Below, piece by piece: positions 25,400-34,150 of a DNA stretch of 34,548 nt (position 1 is the stretch's first letter; each line of letters starts with the position of its first letter). The notes beneath the pieces were generated by a model, which saw only the letters and a program-made list of their open reading frames with translations, was not told the DNA's origin and did no database searches. Source of the DNA: a virus. Lineage: Duplodnaviria; Caudoviricetes. The stretch is taken from the IMG/VR virus record IMGVR_UViG_3300020044_004189, positions 1-34,548 of that record; one strand, written 5' to 3'. The position numbers and the translations under genes were made by a program.

Positions 25400-26706
25400 T
25401 TGTTCCCCAAGATTATTTGCTTTTCATCATCAGGAAGACTATCCCAGTCTTGTTGTGTAAGCCCTCTGCCAAGCCAGTTTTGCGGGGCAGATTGAATGCT
25501 AGAGCTGCCTGAAGGACGCTGACCATCTTGAAAGTAAGGAACTCCATAGTCTCTTTGATAGGCGTTATTAACCCTTTCCCAGCTTTGTTGAAGTTGCCGA
25601 TTAAATCTATCCAGATTGGCTTCAAACTGTTCTTTGGATTGAGATTGCGACAAACTTCCCCATGTTGCTTGAAGAAGTTCTAATTCTCTTTCCGTTACGC
25701 TACCTAATGCGCCGCCTGTTGGAGAGTTGTCCCGCATTTCTTGTAGGGTCTCGAACCCTGCGCTTGCCAACAATGTATCAAGAGTCCGGCCAAGGTCATA
25801 CGCGGGCGTTCCTGGAACTCTCGACAGTTGTGACCCAATAAAGCCAGTAGTCCAGCCCGTAGATTGTTGTTTGGCAACACCGACAAGATCACTTAACAGC
25901 CCCAACTGATCTTCTTTTGTTTGCAAAGCACCAGTTCTTGCCCCTTGCTCTGATATTCTAGCGGCTCCACTCTCAGCTCTTGCTCGTTCTTCCATTAATC
26001 CAATTTCTGCCTCTTGTTGCGCTGTGGTTACAGCCCCTGCTTGTGCTGCTGCTGGGTCTGTTGTCGCAATAATGTCTGCAACATTAACCGCAGTTCTAGC
26101 TTGGCCTTGCTGCGCTATTGCGGCAGGATCAAAAGCACGTTGGCTTGCTGGAAGCATTGGTTTCATGCCTTGTGGAAGGTCAATAAACTGTATGCCGCCT
26201 GCTGATGACGGTTGGCCTAAGCGCACATTTCCTTGCTCATCTTCAAAGTAGGAAGGCGTAAGACCATAGCTTGCTTGCTCTTGTCTCTGCGGCGCATATC
26301 GTTGCTGATAGATTGAATAAGCTGGAGTCAGTATTTGTGCAAGCCTAGTCACCGCCGTAGGGTCAGTGCCGTCTTTCATTTGGTTGGCAAGCTCAAGCAC
26401 TTGCATTGTTTCTAGTTGCTCATCTTCAGTGTCAGCGTAATTAGATAATGCGTCCAGCCTGTCTTCAGCAAGACGGGCAATGTTATCTGCTCTCATCTCG
26501 TTGGTAAGCTCTGGATTCGTGTCTGACAAAAAGTTAAACGCAGTGCTTGCATCTTCGTACAAAGCCCTCTGTCGAGCCTCAAGCTCTACACGCTTGCGCT
26601 CAGTCAGACCCTGCTCGCGCTGCTGAATGCCTTGTGCGTACTGCTGCGCTGTGCCGCCGTAAGCTGCACCCAGACCGCCGAGTATGTCGCCAAAATTGAT
26701 AGCCAT
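25396..26706 (-). CDS. DNA ejection/transfer protein (P22 gp20-like position)
   Basis: 436 aa; C-terminal GGALGSVTERELELLQ...GSLSQSQS. Confidence 0.65.
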   Translation of the reverse strand: MAINFGDILGGLGAAYGGTAQQYAQGIQQREQGLTERKRVELEARQRALYEDASTAFNFLSDTNPELTNEMRADNIARLAEDRLDALSNYADTEDEQLETMQVLELANQMKDGTDPTAVTRLAQILTPAYSIYQQRYAPQRQEQASYGLTPSYFEDEQGNVRLGQPSSAGGIQFIDLPQGMKPMLPASQRAFDPAAIAQQGQARTAVNVADIIATTDPAAAQAGAVTTAQQEAEIGLMEERARAESGAARISEQGARTGALQTKEDQLGLLSDLVGVAKQQSTGWTTGFIGSQLSRVPGTPAYDLGRTLDTLLASAGFETLQEMRDNSPTGGALGSVTERELELLQATWGSLSQSQSKEQFEANLDRFNRQLQQSWERVNNAYQRDYGVPYFQDGQRPSGSSSIQSAPQNWLGRGLTQQDWDSLPDDEKQIILGNN

Positions 26707-28391
26707 TAGTTCAATCTCCCCAAGCTAGAAGCCACACCGCCAGGCATATTAGGCGCAATCCCATAATTTGGGCGAATATATGAAGGCTGGCTGGTAGACA
26801 CTGGAGCCAGGCCACCTGCTCTTGTCTGATTCACCATGCCGCTGCCCAGATTGTACCCGCCTGCCGCAGCATTGAACGCCTGCCCGTAATCAAACGATTG
26901 AGACGGTATTCTGGCAGCGCCTTGGAAGGCTGCATTCTGACCAGCAGCAAGTCCTGTCTGCAATCCTGATATGCCACTAGCAAGCCCTGTCGCTTGATTT
27001 GCCGCATTCACAGCCGCCTGGTTCTGCAAGTCAATCAAGCTGCCAGCCTGACCACCGATCAAGTTAGATTGGAATGATCCAAGCCCTTCCAGCAGTCGTG
27101 ACTGATTCATTGCAGCCTGCTGAAGCTGATTGGCCTGAATCTCGCCTACTCTCGTTCGACCTGCTGCAAGGTCTTGCCCAGTGCCGTACTGCATCTGCGC
27201 GATGTTCTGACCTGTTTGTTGACCAATGTTGGCGCGACCCATTCCAGCTTGCCCTTCGTATCCTGCCATCGTTCCACGCTGTCCAGCAATGTTTCCAGCA
27301 GTGTTCAGAGTGATGTCACCCAGCGCACCAGCCCTGCCTGTAGCAAGCCCTGAGAGCGCCTGAGAGCCTTGCATACCCATCCCAGACAATTGGTTGAGGT
27401 TTCCGATCTGCTGCTGTAGACCCTGTGACGCAAGCCCTTGACCGAAGCGTGTTAGCTCTCGCTGGACGTTGCCACCACCCAGTCCACCAGTGGCCGCAGC
27501 ACCTGCCAGGTTGCCTCTCATGCCCTGTTCAAACAGGAACTGCTCGTAGGGAGATTCTTGTCTAGCAGCGTTAAACGCATCCCGTCCGAGCGCACCTGAT
27601 AGAGCCAGTTGTTGATTGAACGCCGTTGTCCCGCCCTGCTGGAATGGTTGGAAATATCCACGCGCCTCGTCGAATCCGGTGTTAATTTGACTGCTTGCTT
27701 GAGTTCCCGCTGCTCGCAGGTCATCAATGTTAATACCGTACAGTTGGTTGATTCGAGCAAGCGCCGCATCGATGTCAGCCCGTGAGGAAGTCTCAGCACC
27801 GCGCAGTGTTCCAGTGGCATCTGTAAGCCCTTGGCCTAGAGCCTGTTCAGAGCCAAGCACTCCAGTCGGAATAGCTTCAGCTTGGGCAGTCCTGTACCTA
27901 CTCTGCGCCTGATCCAGTGGCATTCCAATGGCTCTGGAGACCTGCTCAGGGCTGACTCCGTACTGCTGCATTAGAGCGAAAACTTGGCTGTCAGGAGTGT
28001 TTGGGTTGTTGGCGAAATAAGCCTGAAGCTCGTAGTCAGTCACCTGACCAGGCTGTGCGTTGTTAACAACCTGTTGATTATATTGTCCGTAAGCAGTCTG
28101 CGGATCAAGTCCAAGCGCATTGACTACCTGCTGTGGGCTGACCTGATACTGCTGCATCAGCGCATAGGTCTGTTCATTCGAGATATTAGGGTTAGCAGCA
28201 AAGAAGTCTTTTAGTTGCTGGTCAGTTATCTGGCCTGGCGTGTATTGCTGTGGAGCAGCCACCGTACCCATCGCCTGCGCTAGAACCTCATCACTGACCC
28301 CGTTATTGCGGGCAAGCTCAGACAGTTGCGCCTGACTTAACTGAGGATTAGCCGCAATGTAATCTGCCACTTCTTGGACTGTGTAAGCCAT
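26706..28391 (-). CDS. DNA ejection/pilot protein (gp7-like core) with three N-terminal helical repeats
   Basis: QPFQQGG...AAATGGLGGGN.Q..L gp7-like motif; Gln/Gly/Ala-rich. Confidence 0.7.
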   Translation of the reverse strand: MAYTVQEVADYIAANPQLSQAQLSELARNNGVSDEVLAQAMGTVAAPQQYTPGQITDQQLKDFFAANPNISNEQTYALMQQYQVSPQQVVNALGLDPQTAYGQYNQQVVNNAQPGQVTDYELQAYFANNPNTPDSQVFALMQQYGVSPEQVSRAIGMPLDQAQSRYRTAQAEAIPTGVLGSEQALGQGLTDATGTLRGAETSSRADIDAALARINQLYGINIDDLRAAGTQASSQINTGFDEARGYFQPFQQGGTTAFNQQLALSGALGRDAFNAARQESPYEQFLFEQGMRGNLAGAAATGGLGGGNVQRELTRFGQGLASQGLQQQIGNLNQLSGMGMQGSQALSGLATGRAGALGDITLNTAGNIAGQRGTMAGYEGQAGMGRANIGQQTGQNIAQMQYGTGQDLAAGRTRVGEIQANQLQQAAMNQSRLLEGLGSFQSNLIGGQAGSLIDLQNQAAVNAANQATGLASGISGLQTGLAAGQNAAFQGAARIPSQSFDYGQAFNAAAGGYNLGSGMVNQTRAGGLAPVSTSQPSYIRPNYGIAPNMPGGVASSLGRLN

Positions 28392-28393
28392 AA

Positions 28394-28870
28394 TTACCTC
28401 TGGAACGGTCGCATCTGTGGGAACTGCTGCATTGCTGGGAACTGTTGTGCTTGCGGGTTAATCAGTCCTGCCAGTGCTGCTTGGTCAATCGGCAGAGACT
28501 GAGCCTGCTGCATTTGAGGAATACGCCCGCCCAGTAGTGCTGCTCGCATCGCAGGGATAGAGGACAGGTTGGCATTCTGAGCCGCTACGTTGCCGCCCTG
28601 ATACGCTTGCATCCTTGGCATGAACGATTGGCCTTGCATCTGGTACGCACGATTAAGCGCCTCTTGATTGATCTGACCGGCTTGACCGTATCCACCAATC
28701 ATTGTGTCCTGCGCCTGCTGGTAGGCTGGCATCAGATTAGCCATCTCAGTGTTAGCCATTGCCATCGAGCGTCTGTTGGCTTTGCTGATGTCTTTCTTTT
28801 GTGATCGCTGACTCAGTGCATTGGCCGCTAGACTAGCACCGGCTATTGCTGCTTGGATTGCCATACCCAC
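28394..28870 (-). CDS. Small Gln/Ala/Met-rich ejection/pilot protein
   Basis: Hydrophobic Ala/Gly N-terminus followed by a basic stretch; gene position. Confidence 0.6.
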   Translation of the reverse strand: MGMAIQAAIAGASLAANALSQRSQKKDISKANRRSMAMANTEMANLMPAYQQAQDTMIGGYGQAGQINQEALNRAYQMQGQSFMPRMQAYQGGNVAAQNANLSSIPAMRAALLGGRIPQMQQAQSLPIDQAALAGLINPQAQQFPAMQQFPQMRPFQR

Positions 28871-29217
28871 CTCTGTTTTTCTTTGCGGAAATTTAATGAT
28901 TGAAGCATTTTCACTAGTGCAGATCGGTCATCAGGTGCGTCAGTCCACACTGTCGTGAACCCTCTGCTGCCAAACCATTCCAGCCCCTGCTGCATTGTCT
29001 GCCTGACCGTTGCTCTGTCTCGATACTTGCAAGCAACGTGAATCTCAACTTTGTTCTTTTTTGCCTTTGCCAGCACCAACAGCTTTTCGTCCATCACCAG
29101 CATTGCGAAATCATTCTTGATTGAATCAGGATAGAGACTGAGAAACTTTACAACGGAAGGATCACGAACGTACTCAAGTGCCTCCTGTTCGCTGCAAGCT
29201 CTTACACTAATATCCAT
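28843..29217 (-). CDS. GNAT-like head assembly protein (P22 gp14-like position)
   Basis: VEIHVAC...TVWT.AP......KM.QSLNF; position between the tail hub and pilot genes. Confidence 0.6.
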   Translation of the reverse strand: MDISVRACSEQEALEYVRDPSVVKFLSLYPDSIKNDFAMLVMDEKLLVLAKAKKNKVEIHVACKYRDRATVRQTMQQGLEWFGSRGFTTVWTDAPDDRSALVKMLQSLNFRKEKQRWVWQSKQQ

Positions 29218-29456
29218 CCCTGCGTCCTGTCGCCACCGATCTGTGAGAGCATTTTACGGTATTCAATTGATCCCGCTGTGCCTGCTGAGTTGATGTACAG
29301 TTGATACTGTCTCGCCTCAACTACGCCTTCTGGTGAGCCTGTGCCGATAATGGGAATACTCAGCGAAGCATCAAGCGTCCACGTTCTGAATGCTTGGGCC
29401 ATTTTACCAGATTCGTCAACGATTGGCTGTCCAGCATTAAGTAGTGGAGTGGTCAT
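29202..29456 (-). CDS. Small tail protein (needle/plug position, gp26-like)
   Basis: PIVDESGKM N-terminus and GTGSPEGVV.A...LY motif. Confidence 0.6.
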   Translation of the reverse strand: MTTPLLNAGQPIVDESGKMAQAFRTWTLDASLSIPIIGTGSPEGVVEARQYQLYINSAGTAGSIEYRKMLSQIGGDRTQGWILV

Positions 29457-30895
29457 TTTGTGCCACCTATGATCTCAGCGTTGAGTTGCAAGATCACTGG
29501 TTTGACTGCGTCAGTCAGAGTGAATCGGAATATCTCAAACCTCGACACTCGACCGTTGCGCCTCCAGATTGCTCGTCTGTCATACTCGCCTACTTCACCG
29601 ATTGATCGTGTCCTGGCATCTGACCAAGTCTTTCCGTCTGCGCTGCGCTCCAGACTAATCACAGGATTCACAACGTCATCATTACCCACACCTGATTCAA
29701 CAGTTAGTTCTAGTGATGGGACGAAGATAGACTTGAGATTGTTCTGGAAAGGCTGGGTTGCTACTCGTCTGATAATCGTGTTCTCGTACTCTGTGTAAAC
29801 AAGCGGATCAATCCTGCCAATCCTGCCGTCAACAAAGTCGCCACATAGTATTTGGTTGTAAGCCTTACAGATCGCTCTGACTCGGTATCTACTTAGATCA
29901 CCATCAAGCACAGAACGCCTTTCATGCCATCGCTTTGCAGTCAGGTCGAATACAAGAGTCGTAGTCGGCAGCGTGAAGCCAATAAAGTACGCCCCGTTCT
30001 GCGAATAGGCCCAGGCGTAGATAGACTCAAGCTGGGACGCCGTTAGATTCTGGAGCAGGTTATCTATAGGGGTTGAGCTTATCTTCGCTGTATCGTTGCC
30101 AGAGAGCGCCCAGATGGATGGCCCTTCGTTCTCTCCACCACCCACCCAGACAACAGTATCTTGAGCGTTGATCAGTGAGTACGGAGCGTACACGCCCTTC
30201 TGCAAGAACAGCCCTGTGCGCTGGAATGGGAAGTCAGTTCCACCCACATTTTGGAAGGCTTCAATGGTCTGTGATCCAGAGATAAACAATTGGTTCTTGA
30301 ACACAATGGGCGCGACAGTAACATCCGGGTCCGACTCAGCCGTTCCAAAGTCCAGAGCGTTGTAGCTCAGGCCGTCATTGGGAGCTGAACAGATGAACTT
30401 CTTGGTGTCGGTGGTGCAGACAAAGTAGGAGTCGATGAACACCACAAACTGCGGATTGCCGTTAGCGTCAAAGTCTGTGTCTGTGATCTGTGCGAACACG
30501 TTAGTGACTTGATTGTAGATGTACCCGTTGCCGCCAGGCACCAACACCATTAACTGAGTACCGTTGTCAGCCATCGAGCATTGAGCAGTGCCTGTGATCG
30601 TGCCAAGGGTCGTGAGACTGTAGGTAGCCACACCCGCCGTGATTGTCTCGACGATCTTGTACAGAGCATTACCGTTGACCGCATAGGCTATCCCAGCCAT
30701 TTCGTGCATACCACGGTTCTGCTCTTCGATAGTCCCAGAGGACACAAGTTCTACCAAGCCTGGAGTGCCAAACAGGTTCTCTGGGCTAAGTGCTGCCGCC
30801 TCGGACACGTTCACATACCAGTTGAGACACTCTTGTGCGCTCAGTGGTAGTGATGGGCTGACATAGAACCCATTGGTGATGGGAAGTGCTGGCAT
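29453..30895 (-). CDS. Tail hub / packaged DNA stabilization protein (P22 gp10-like)
   Basis: 480 aa; TPGL, SMADNG, AESDPD, TIEAFQNVG, WHER, SADGKTWS, GEY..R.IWRR.G. Confidence 0.9.
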   Translation of the reverse strand: MPALPITNGFYVSPSLPLSAQECLNWYVNVSEAAALSPENLFGTPGLVELVSSGTIEEQNRGMHEMAGIAYAVNGNALYKIVETITAGVATYSLTTLGTITGTAQCSMADNGTQLMVLVPGGNGYIYNQVTNVFAQITDTDFDANGNPQFVVFIDSYFVCTTDTKKFICSAPNDGLSYNALDFGTAESDPDVTVAPIVFKNQLFISGSQTIEAFQNVGGTDFPFQRTGLFLQKGVYAPYSLINAQDTVVWVGGGENEGPSIWALSGNDTAKISSTPIDNLLQNLTASQLESIYAWAYSQNGAYFIGFTLPTTTLVFDLTAKRWHERRSVLDGDLSRYRVRAICKAYNQILCGDFVDGRIGRIDPLVYTEYENTIIRRVATQPFQNNLKSIFVPSLELTVESGVGNDDVVNPVISLERSADGKTWSDARTRSIGEVGEYDRRAIWRRNGRVSRFEIFRFTLTDAVKPVILQLNAEIIGGTK

Positions 30896-31746
30896 TAGTT
30901 AATACTCAATACAGCTCTGCTAACCGTGATGTTGTTTGTTGCCGTAGAGTTCTGCACATAAATCTCAATGTAGTCATTTGTCGCCATCGAGATTTGATAC
31001 ACCAAAGAAACCTCTTTGTGGTCGCCTGAGCTTATCTTCGATTCCATTCGTGAGCCAGCAATTGCCGAGCCGTTCTTGTACAGATAGACCTGTATGTTCT
31101 GGTTAGAACCACTGGCTGGGTCTAAGCTCAATGCTGCGTTGATTGTCAGAATCTGAGTTGTTGCACCCGTGTAAGTAATTCGACCGGCTGTTGTGCAAGT
31201 TGCGTTAGTAGACAGATCAACAGTCCACGTTCCAGCAACCAGAACAGGAGTAGCAGTGGACGCGATTACAGTGGCAGTTGCGTTACCCTGCATATACACC
31301 TGACCGCGCACCTGAGCCGCTGCTGGAGCGTTGGTGATAGTAATCGTGCTGCTTGCCGCTGTCAGGGTAATTCCAGTACCAGCGACCAGTGAAACAAATG
31401 TAGGGCTGAGTGCTGTGGTGTTCAGCATCAACGGCGAGCCGGTCGAGTTAACAGTAAAGTTGTGCGCTAATGTAATTCCGTTCTCTGCTGAGACGCTCGC
31501 TGCAATACCTGAGCCGTTCTCAAGGTTGCGGATATTGTTAACAGTCCCCGACACATCCAAGACAGGAGTGCCGGTAACAGCGCCATCCTGAACAATTGTG
31601 CCAGTCACACCAAGCCCGCTGATGAAGTTGGCGTAAGTGATCTTGTAGTTGTAGCCGTTGTAGAAGAACCCGAAATAGGAGCCTGGCGTTACGGTGGTTA
31701 ACGCCTCGAAATCGGACTGCCTTACGCCATAAGTTCGCTCAACCAT
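30895..31746 (-). CDS. Beta-rich structural protein (accessory fibre/decoration; C1q/BclA-like C-terminus)
   Basis: Thr/Ser/Gly-rich; SLVAGTGITLT shaft motif; C-terminal jelly-roll-like LYKNG...NDYIEIYV. Confidence 0.6.
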   Translation of the reverse strand: MVERTYGVRQSDFEALTTVTPGSYFGFFYNGYNYKITYANFISGLGVTGTIVQDGAVTGTPVLDVSGTVNNIRNLENGSGIAASVSAENGITLAHNFTVNSTGSPLMLNTTALSPTFVSLVAGTGITLTAASSTITITNAPAAAQVRGQVYMQGNATATVIASTATPVLVAGTWTVDLSTNATCTTAGRITYTGATTQILTINAALSLDPASGSNQNIQVYLYKNGSAIAGSRMESKISSGDHKEVSLVYQISMATNDYIEIYVQNSTATNNITVSRAVLSIN

Positions 31747-32221
31747 TTGTGTTTATCTCCAGTGCAATCCCGCCGCTAATTTCTGTCGCCACCAATGGAT
31801 CGTTCTCAGGATAGAAGTGCAGGCCATTGCCGAATTGATTGTCTTCGTTGCCAGAACCAACAGGCAAGGTAGATGGAAGACTTGTGGGCGTGATGTATTG
31901 ACCCAATTGACGCATCGCCTGCATCCCCTCACGCGCCGTTGCAGCAAGCTCTGCTGTTACCACCCCACCGTAGTAAGGAACAGACTGGAACGCCATGTTA
32001 GCGATTAAGCCAGTCAAAGCGCCAGGCGGAACAGTCACCTCGTCGGCCAGCCCTGTGACTGCTGTGTACCCAAGATTGATGCCCTTAGCTGCGAGAGAGG
32101 ACATATAGTTGTTCATCGCAAAGATAAAGTCCTGATACTCGTCAGCTTCCAGAGGAGCCTCTGACGCTTGTACCAGAATCGCTTGCAGTGAAGCCTTAGC
32201 TACTTGGGCAACGGTTGCCAT
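31739..32221 (-). CDS. Head-to-tail adaptor (P22 gp4-like)
   Basis: 160 aa; GINLGY and LP.TLPVGSGN motifs. Confidence 0.85.
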   Translation of the reverse strand: MATVAQVAKASLQAILVQASEAPLEADEYQDFIFAMNNYMSSLAAKGINLGYTAVTGLADEVTVPPGALTGLIANMAFQSVPYYGGVVTAELAATAREGMQAMRQLGQYITPTSLPSTLPVGSGNEDNQFGNGLHFYPENDPLVATEISGGIALEINTNG

Positions 32222-32371
32222 TTATTCAAACCTCGGTTTGGCGGTCTTAGCCGCTTGCTTGAACGATTTGGCAGTGGGAGCACCAGCAGTGCCAGGCTTA
32301 CGCATCTTCTCGCCTGAGCCTTCTTTGATGCGCTTGCGCTTTGCTGCAATGTTCGCGTATAGACCTTTCAT
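32222..32371 (-). CDS. Small basic protein (49 aa)
   Basis: Own translation: MKGLYANIAAKRKRIKEGSGEKMRKPGTAGAPTAKSFKQAAKTAKPRFE; SD GAGG. Confidence 0.85.
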   Translation of the reverse strand: MKGLYANIAAKRKRIKEGSGEKMRKPGTAGAPTAKSFKQAAKTAKPRFE

Positions 32372-32372
32372 T

Positions 32373-32534
32373 TCACGCCTCTTTAGATTTAGCTGGACGA
32401 CCGCGCTTCTTTTCTTCCACTACAGGTTCTTGGTCTTTAGGCTTCCAGCCAAGACTTGCAGCAGCTTCGTAACTACCGCTGTCAACATTGACTTCCACGC
32501 CGCTTGGTTTTATCCAGATACTTGTGCTCACCAT
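32373..32534 (-). CDS. Small protein with AT-hook-like KKRGRP (53 aa)
   Basis: Own translation: MVSTSIWIKPSGVEVNVDSGSYEAAASLGWKPKDQEPVVEEKKRGRPAKSKEA. Confidence 0.75.
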   Translation of the reverse strand: MVSTSIWIKPSGVEVNVDSGSYEAAASLGWKPKDQEPVVEEKKRGRPAKSKEA

Positions 32535-32830
32535 TTTTCCTTGGCGGCCCAGTAAGCCGCAGACATTTTGCCTTTGTTGATGTTCTCTCGATGTCTTGCC
32601 ATGAATGAAGCTCTGCGCTTGCGGTCTGCTTCAGACTCGCCTTCACGCTTTGGACTACCGCTCACACCCTGCTGGCCGAAGCGGATCGTCTTGATCTCGT
32701 CGCCTACTTTAGCGACCACTATATGAGATTTAGTCGGATGATTAGGGGTTTTCTTCGGCTTATTAAAGCCCTCAACACCGGCCCTTGCAAGCCTTGTGTC
32801 TTTTGAATTCTTGGGAGGTTTATTTGCCAT
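32528..32830 (-). CDS. Conserved basic phage protein (NKPKKTPNHPTKSH...IRFGQQG...SFMARH...SAAYWA; DUF6321/DUF5754-like)
   Basis: Recognisable motif set; highly basic. Confidence 0.8.
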   Translation of the reverse strand: MANKPPKNSKDTRLARAGVEGFNKPKKTPNHPTKSHIVVAKVGDEIKTIRFGQQGVSGSPKREGESEADRKRRASFMARHRENINKGKMSAAYWAAKEKW

Positions 32831-32865
32831 AAGATTAGGGAGGAGCCAAAGCTCCCCCCTCTCCT
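32831..32865 (-). promoter_or_regulatory. Hairpin after the coat gene with the SD placed 5' of the stem
   Basis: AGGAG-[AGGGGGGAGC-TTTG-GCTCCTCCCT]-AATCTT-ATG. Confidence 0.65.
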
Positions 32866-32868
32866 AGA

Positions 32869-34140
32869 TCAGGCCACACCGAATCCCTGGCCCGCGAAAC
32901 TGGGCTGGAAGCAAGCGTATGCCGGGAGTAAGTCAAATCTGATGGACTGTGAGTTAGCGTTACCATCAGAGTACTTGCTGATACGAATGCTCATACCGTC
33001 AGAAGTAGTCGCAACAGTGTCAGTAGAGTACAGCTTAGGCAGCTTGACTGTGCCCAATCCAAATGCCTGCTTAGTGTAGAACAGGTTCGGTTGGTACAAA
33101 GTTGCAGTAGCAGAAACGATTGTAATCACAGCGCCGTTAGCAGGTGCAGCAGTTACAGTGTTGTACTGACCGTTAGCCTCGTAGATAGCTGGGCCAGCCA
33201 CTACCAGAGTGCCTTCACCAGACGCGCCAAGAGTTACGTCAGCAGTCACAACACCAGTCCATGCTATGTTGGTGCCTGTAGCACTGACCATTGCCTGACG
33301 TGTTGACTGGTTCAGACGGTTGACGTTAGCAATCGTGACCAGCTCGCCTGCTTTCACAACCATGTTTGCCTGGAACGCAGTGACCGCCAGAGACTGGGTC
33401 ATTGTGTCTTTCGCAGTGACGTAGGTTGCATCAGGTGCAGCACTCAGAGTACCAGCACGGTCTGCGCCAGAACTTGAAGTGAAGCTCGCCAGAGTAGTTG
33501 CGCTCAGAGCACGAAGGCCACCGAAGTTGGTGCTGATCTGGGCATTTTCCCACGCTGTACGAATCAGGCTGTCAACAGAGTTGAGACCTGACTGTGCAGA
33601 GGCCAGTGCCGCTGTGGTAAACGGGTTCATCAGGTAGTAACGCTCGCTCGCCGGGTTGATACCGATTGCGTCCATGAACGCACCAGCGCCTGCAACGTCA
33701 GACCAAGCATCTACTGCCGTGCCGTGAGTACCATAACGCAGTGAAGAGTTCTTCAGCATGAAGGATGCGAAGTCCAGTTCAAGGTCAGTGACGATACGCC
33801 GAGCCATCGGAGCCAGAATGTCTTCCAGTTGGTCGAGTTGCAGAGCTTCTTCCACGTTGCCCCAGTCTGTCGCTGCTGTGAAGTAATTCTGGACTGTACC
33901 AGTTGCCTTACCAGCAATGATTGAAGACTTGGTTGAGGAGGAGATATCACCGCCGGAGGTGCGGATGGTGTTGTAGTCATGGGGACGCTTGAAGTCCACA
34001 GTGCTACCAGATGACGGGTTGAACTTGTCAGCCAGAAGCTGAGTGTCAACCGTCTTTGTGATTACCCGTGAATTCTCGAAAGCATCGAGGAACACACGGG
34101 CGACTTTACGGGTTACGTTACTACTGAGATTGTTAGCCAT
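32869..34140 (-). CDS. Major capsid protein, P22 gp5 family
   Basis: 423 aa; MANNL, GSTVDFKRP, RFDLLPAYA..P..AG; follows the scaffold gene. Confidence 0.93.
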   Translation of the reverse strand: MANNLSSNVTRKVARVFLDAFENSRVITKTVDTQLLADKFNPSSGSTVDFKRPHDYNTIRTSGGDISSSTKSSIIAGKATGTVQNYFTAATDWGNVEEALQLDQLEDILAPMARRIVTDLELDFASFMLKNSSLRYGTHGTAVDAWSDVAGAGAFMDAIGINPASERYYLMNPFTTAALASAQSGLNSVDSLIRTAWENAQISTNFGGLRALSATTLASFTSSSGADRAGTLSAAPDATYVTAKDTMTQSLAVTAFQANMVVKAGELVTIANVNRLNQSTRQAMVSATGTNIAWTGVVTADVTLGASGEGTLVVAGPAIYEANGQYNTVTAAPANGAVITIVSATATLYQPNLFYTKQAFGLGTVKLPKLYSTDTVATTSDGMSIRISKYSDGNANSQSIRFDLLPAYACFQPSFAGQGFGVA

Positions 34141-34150
34141 GTTAAATCAC

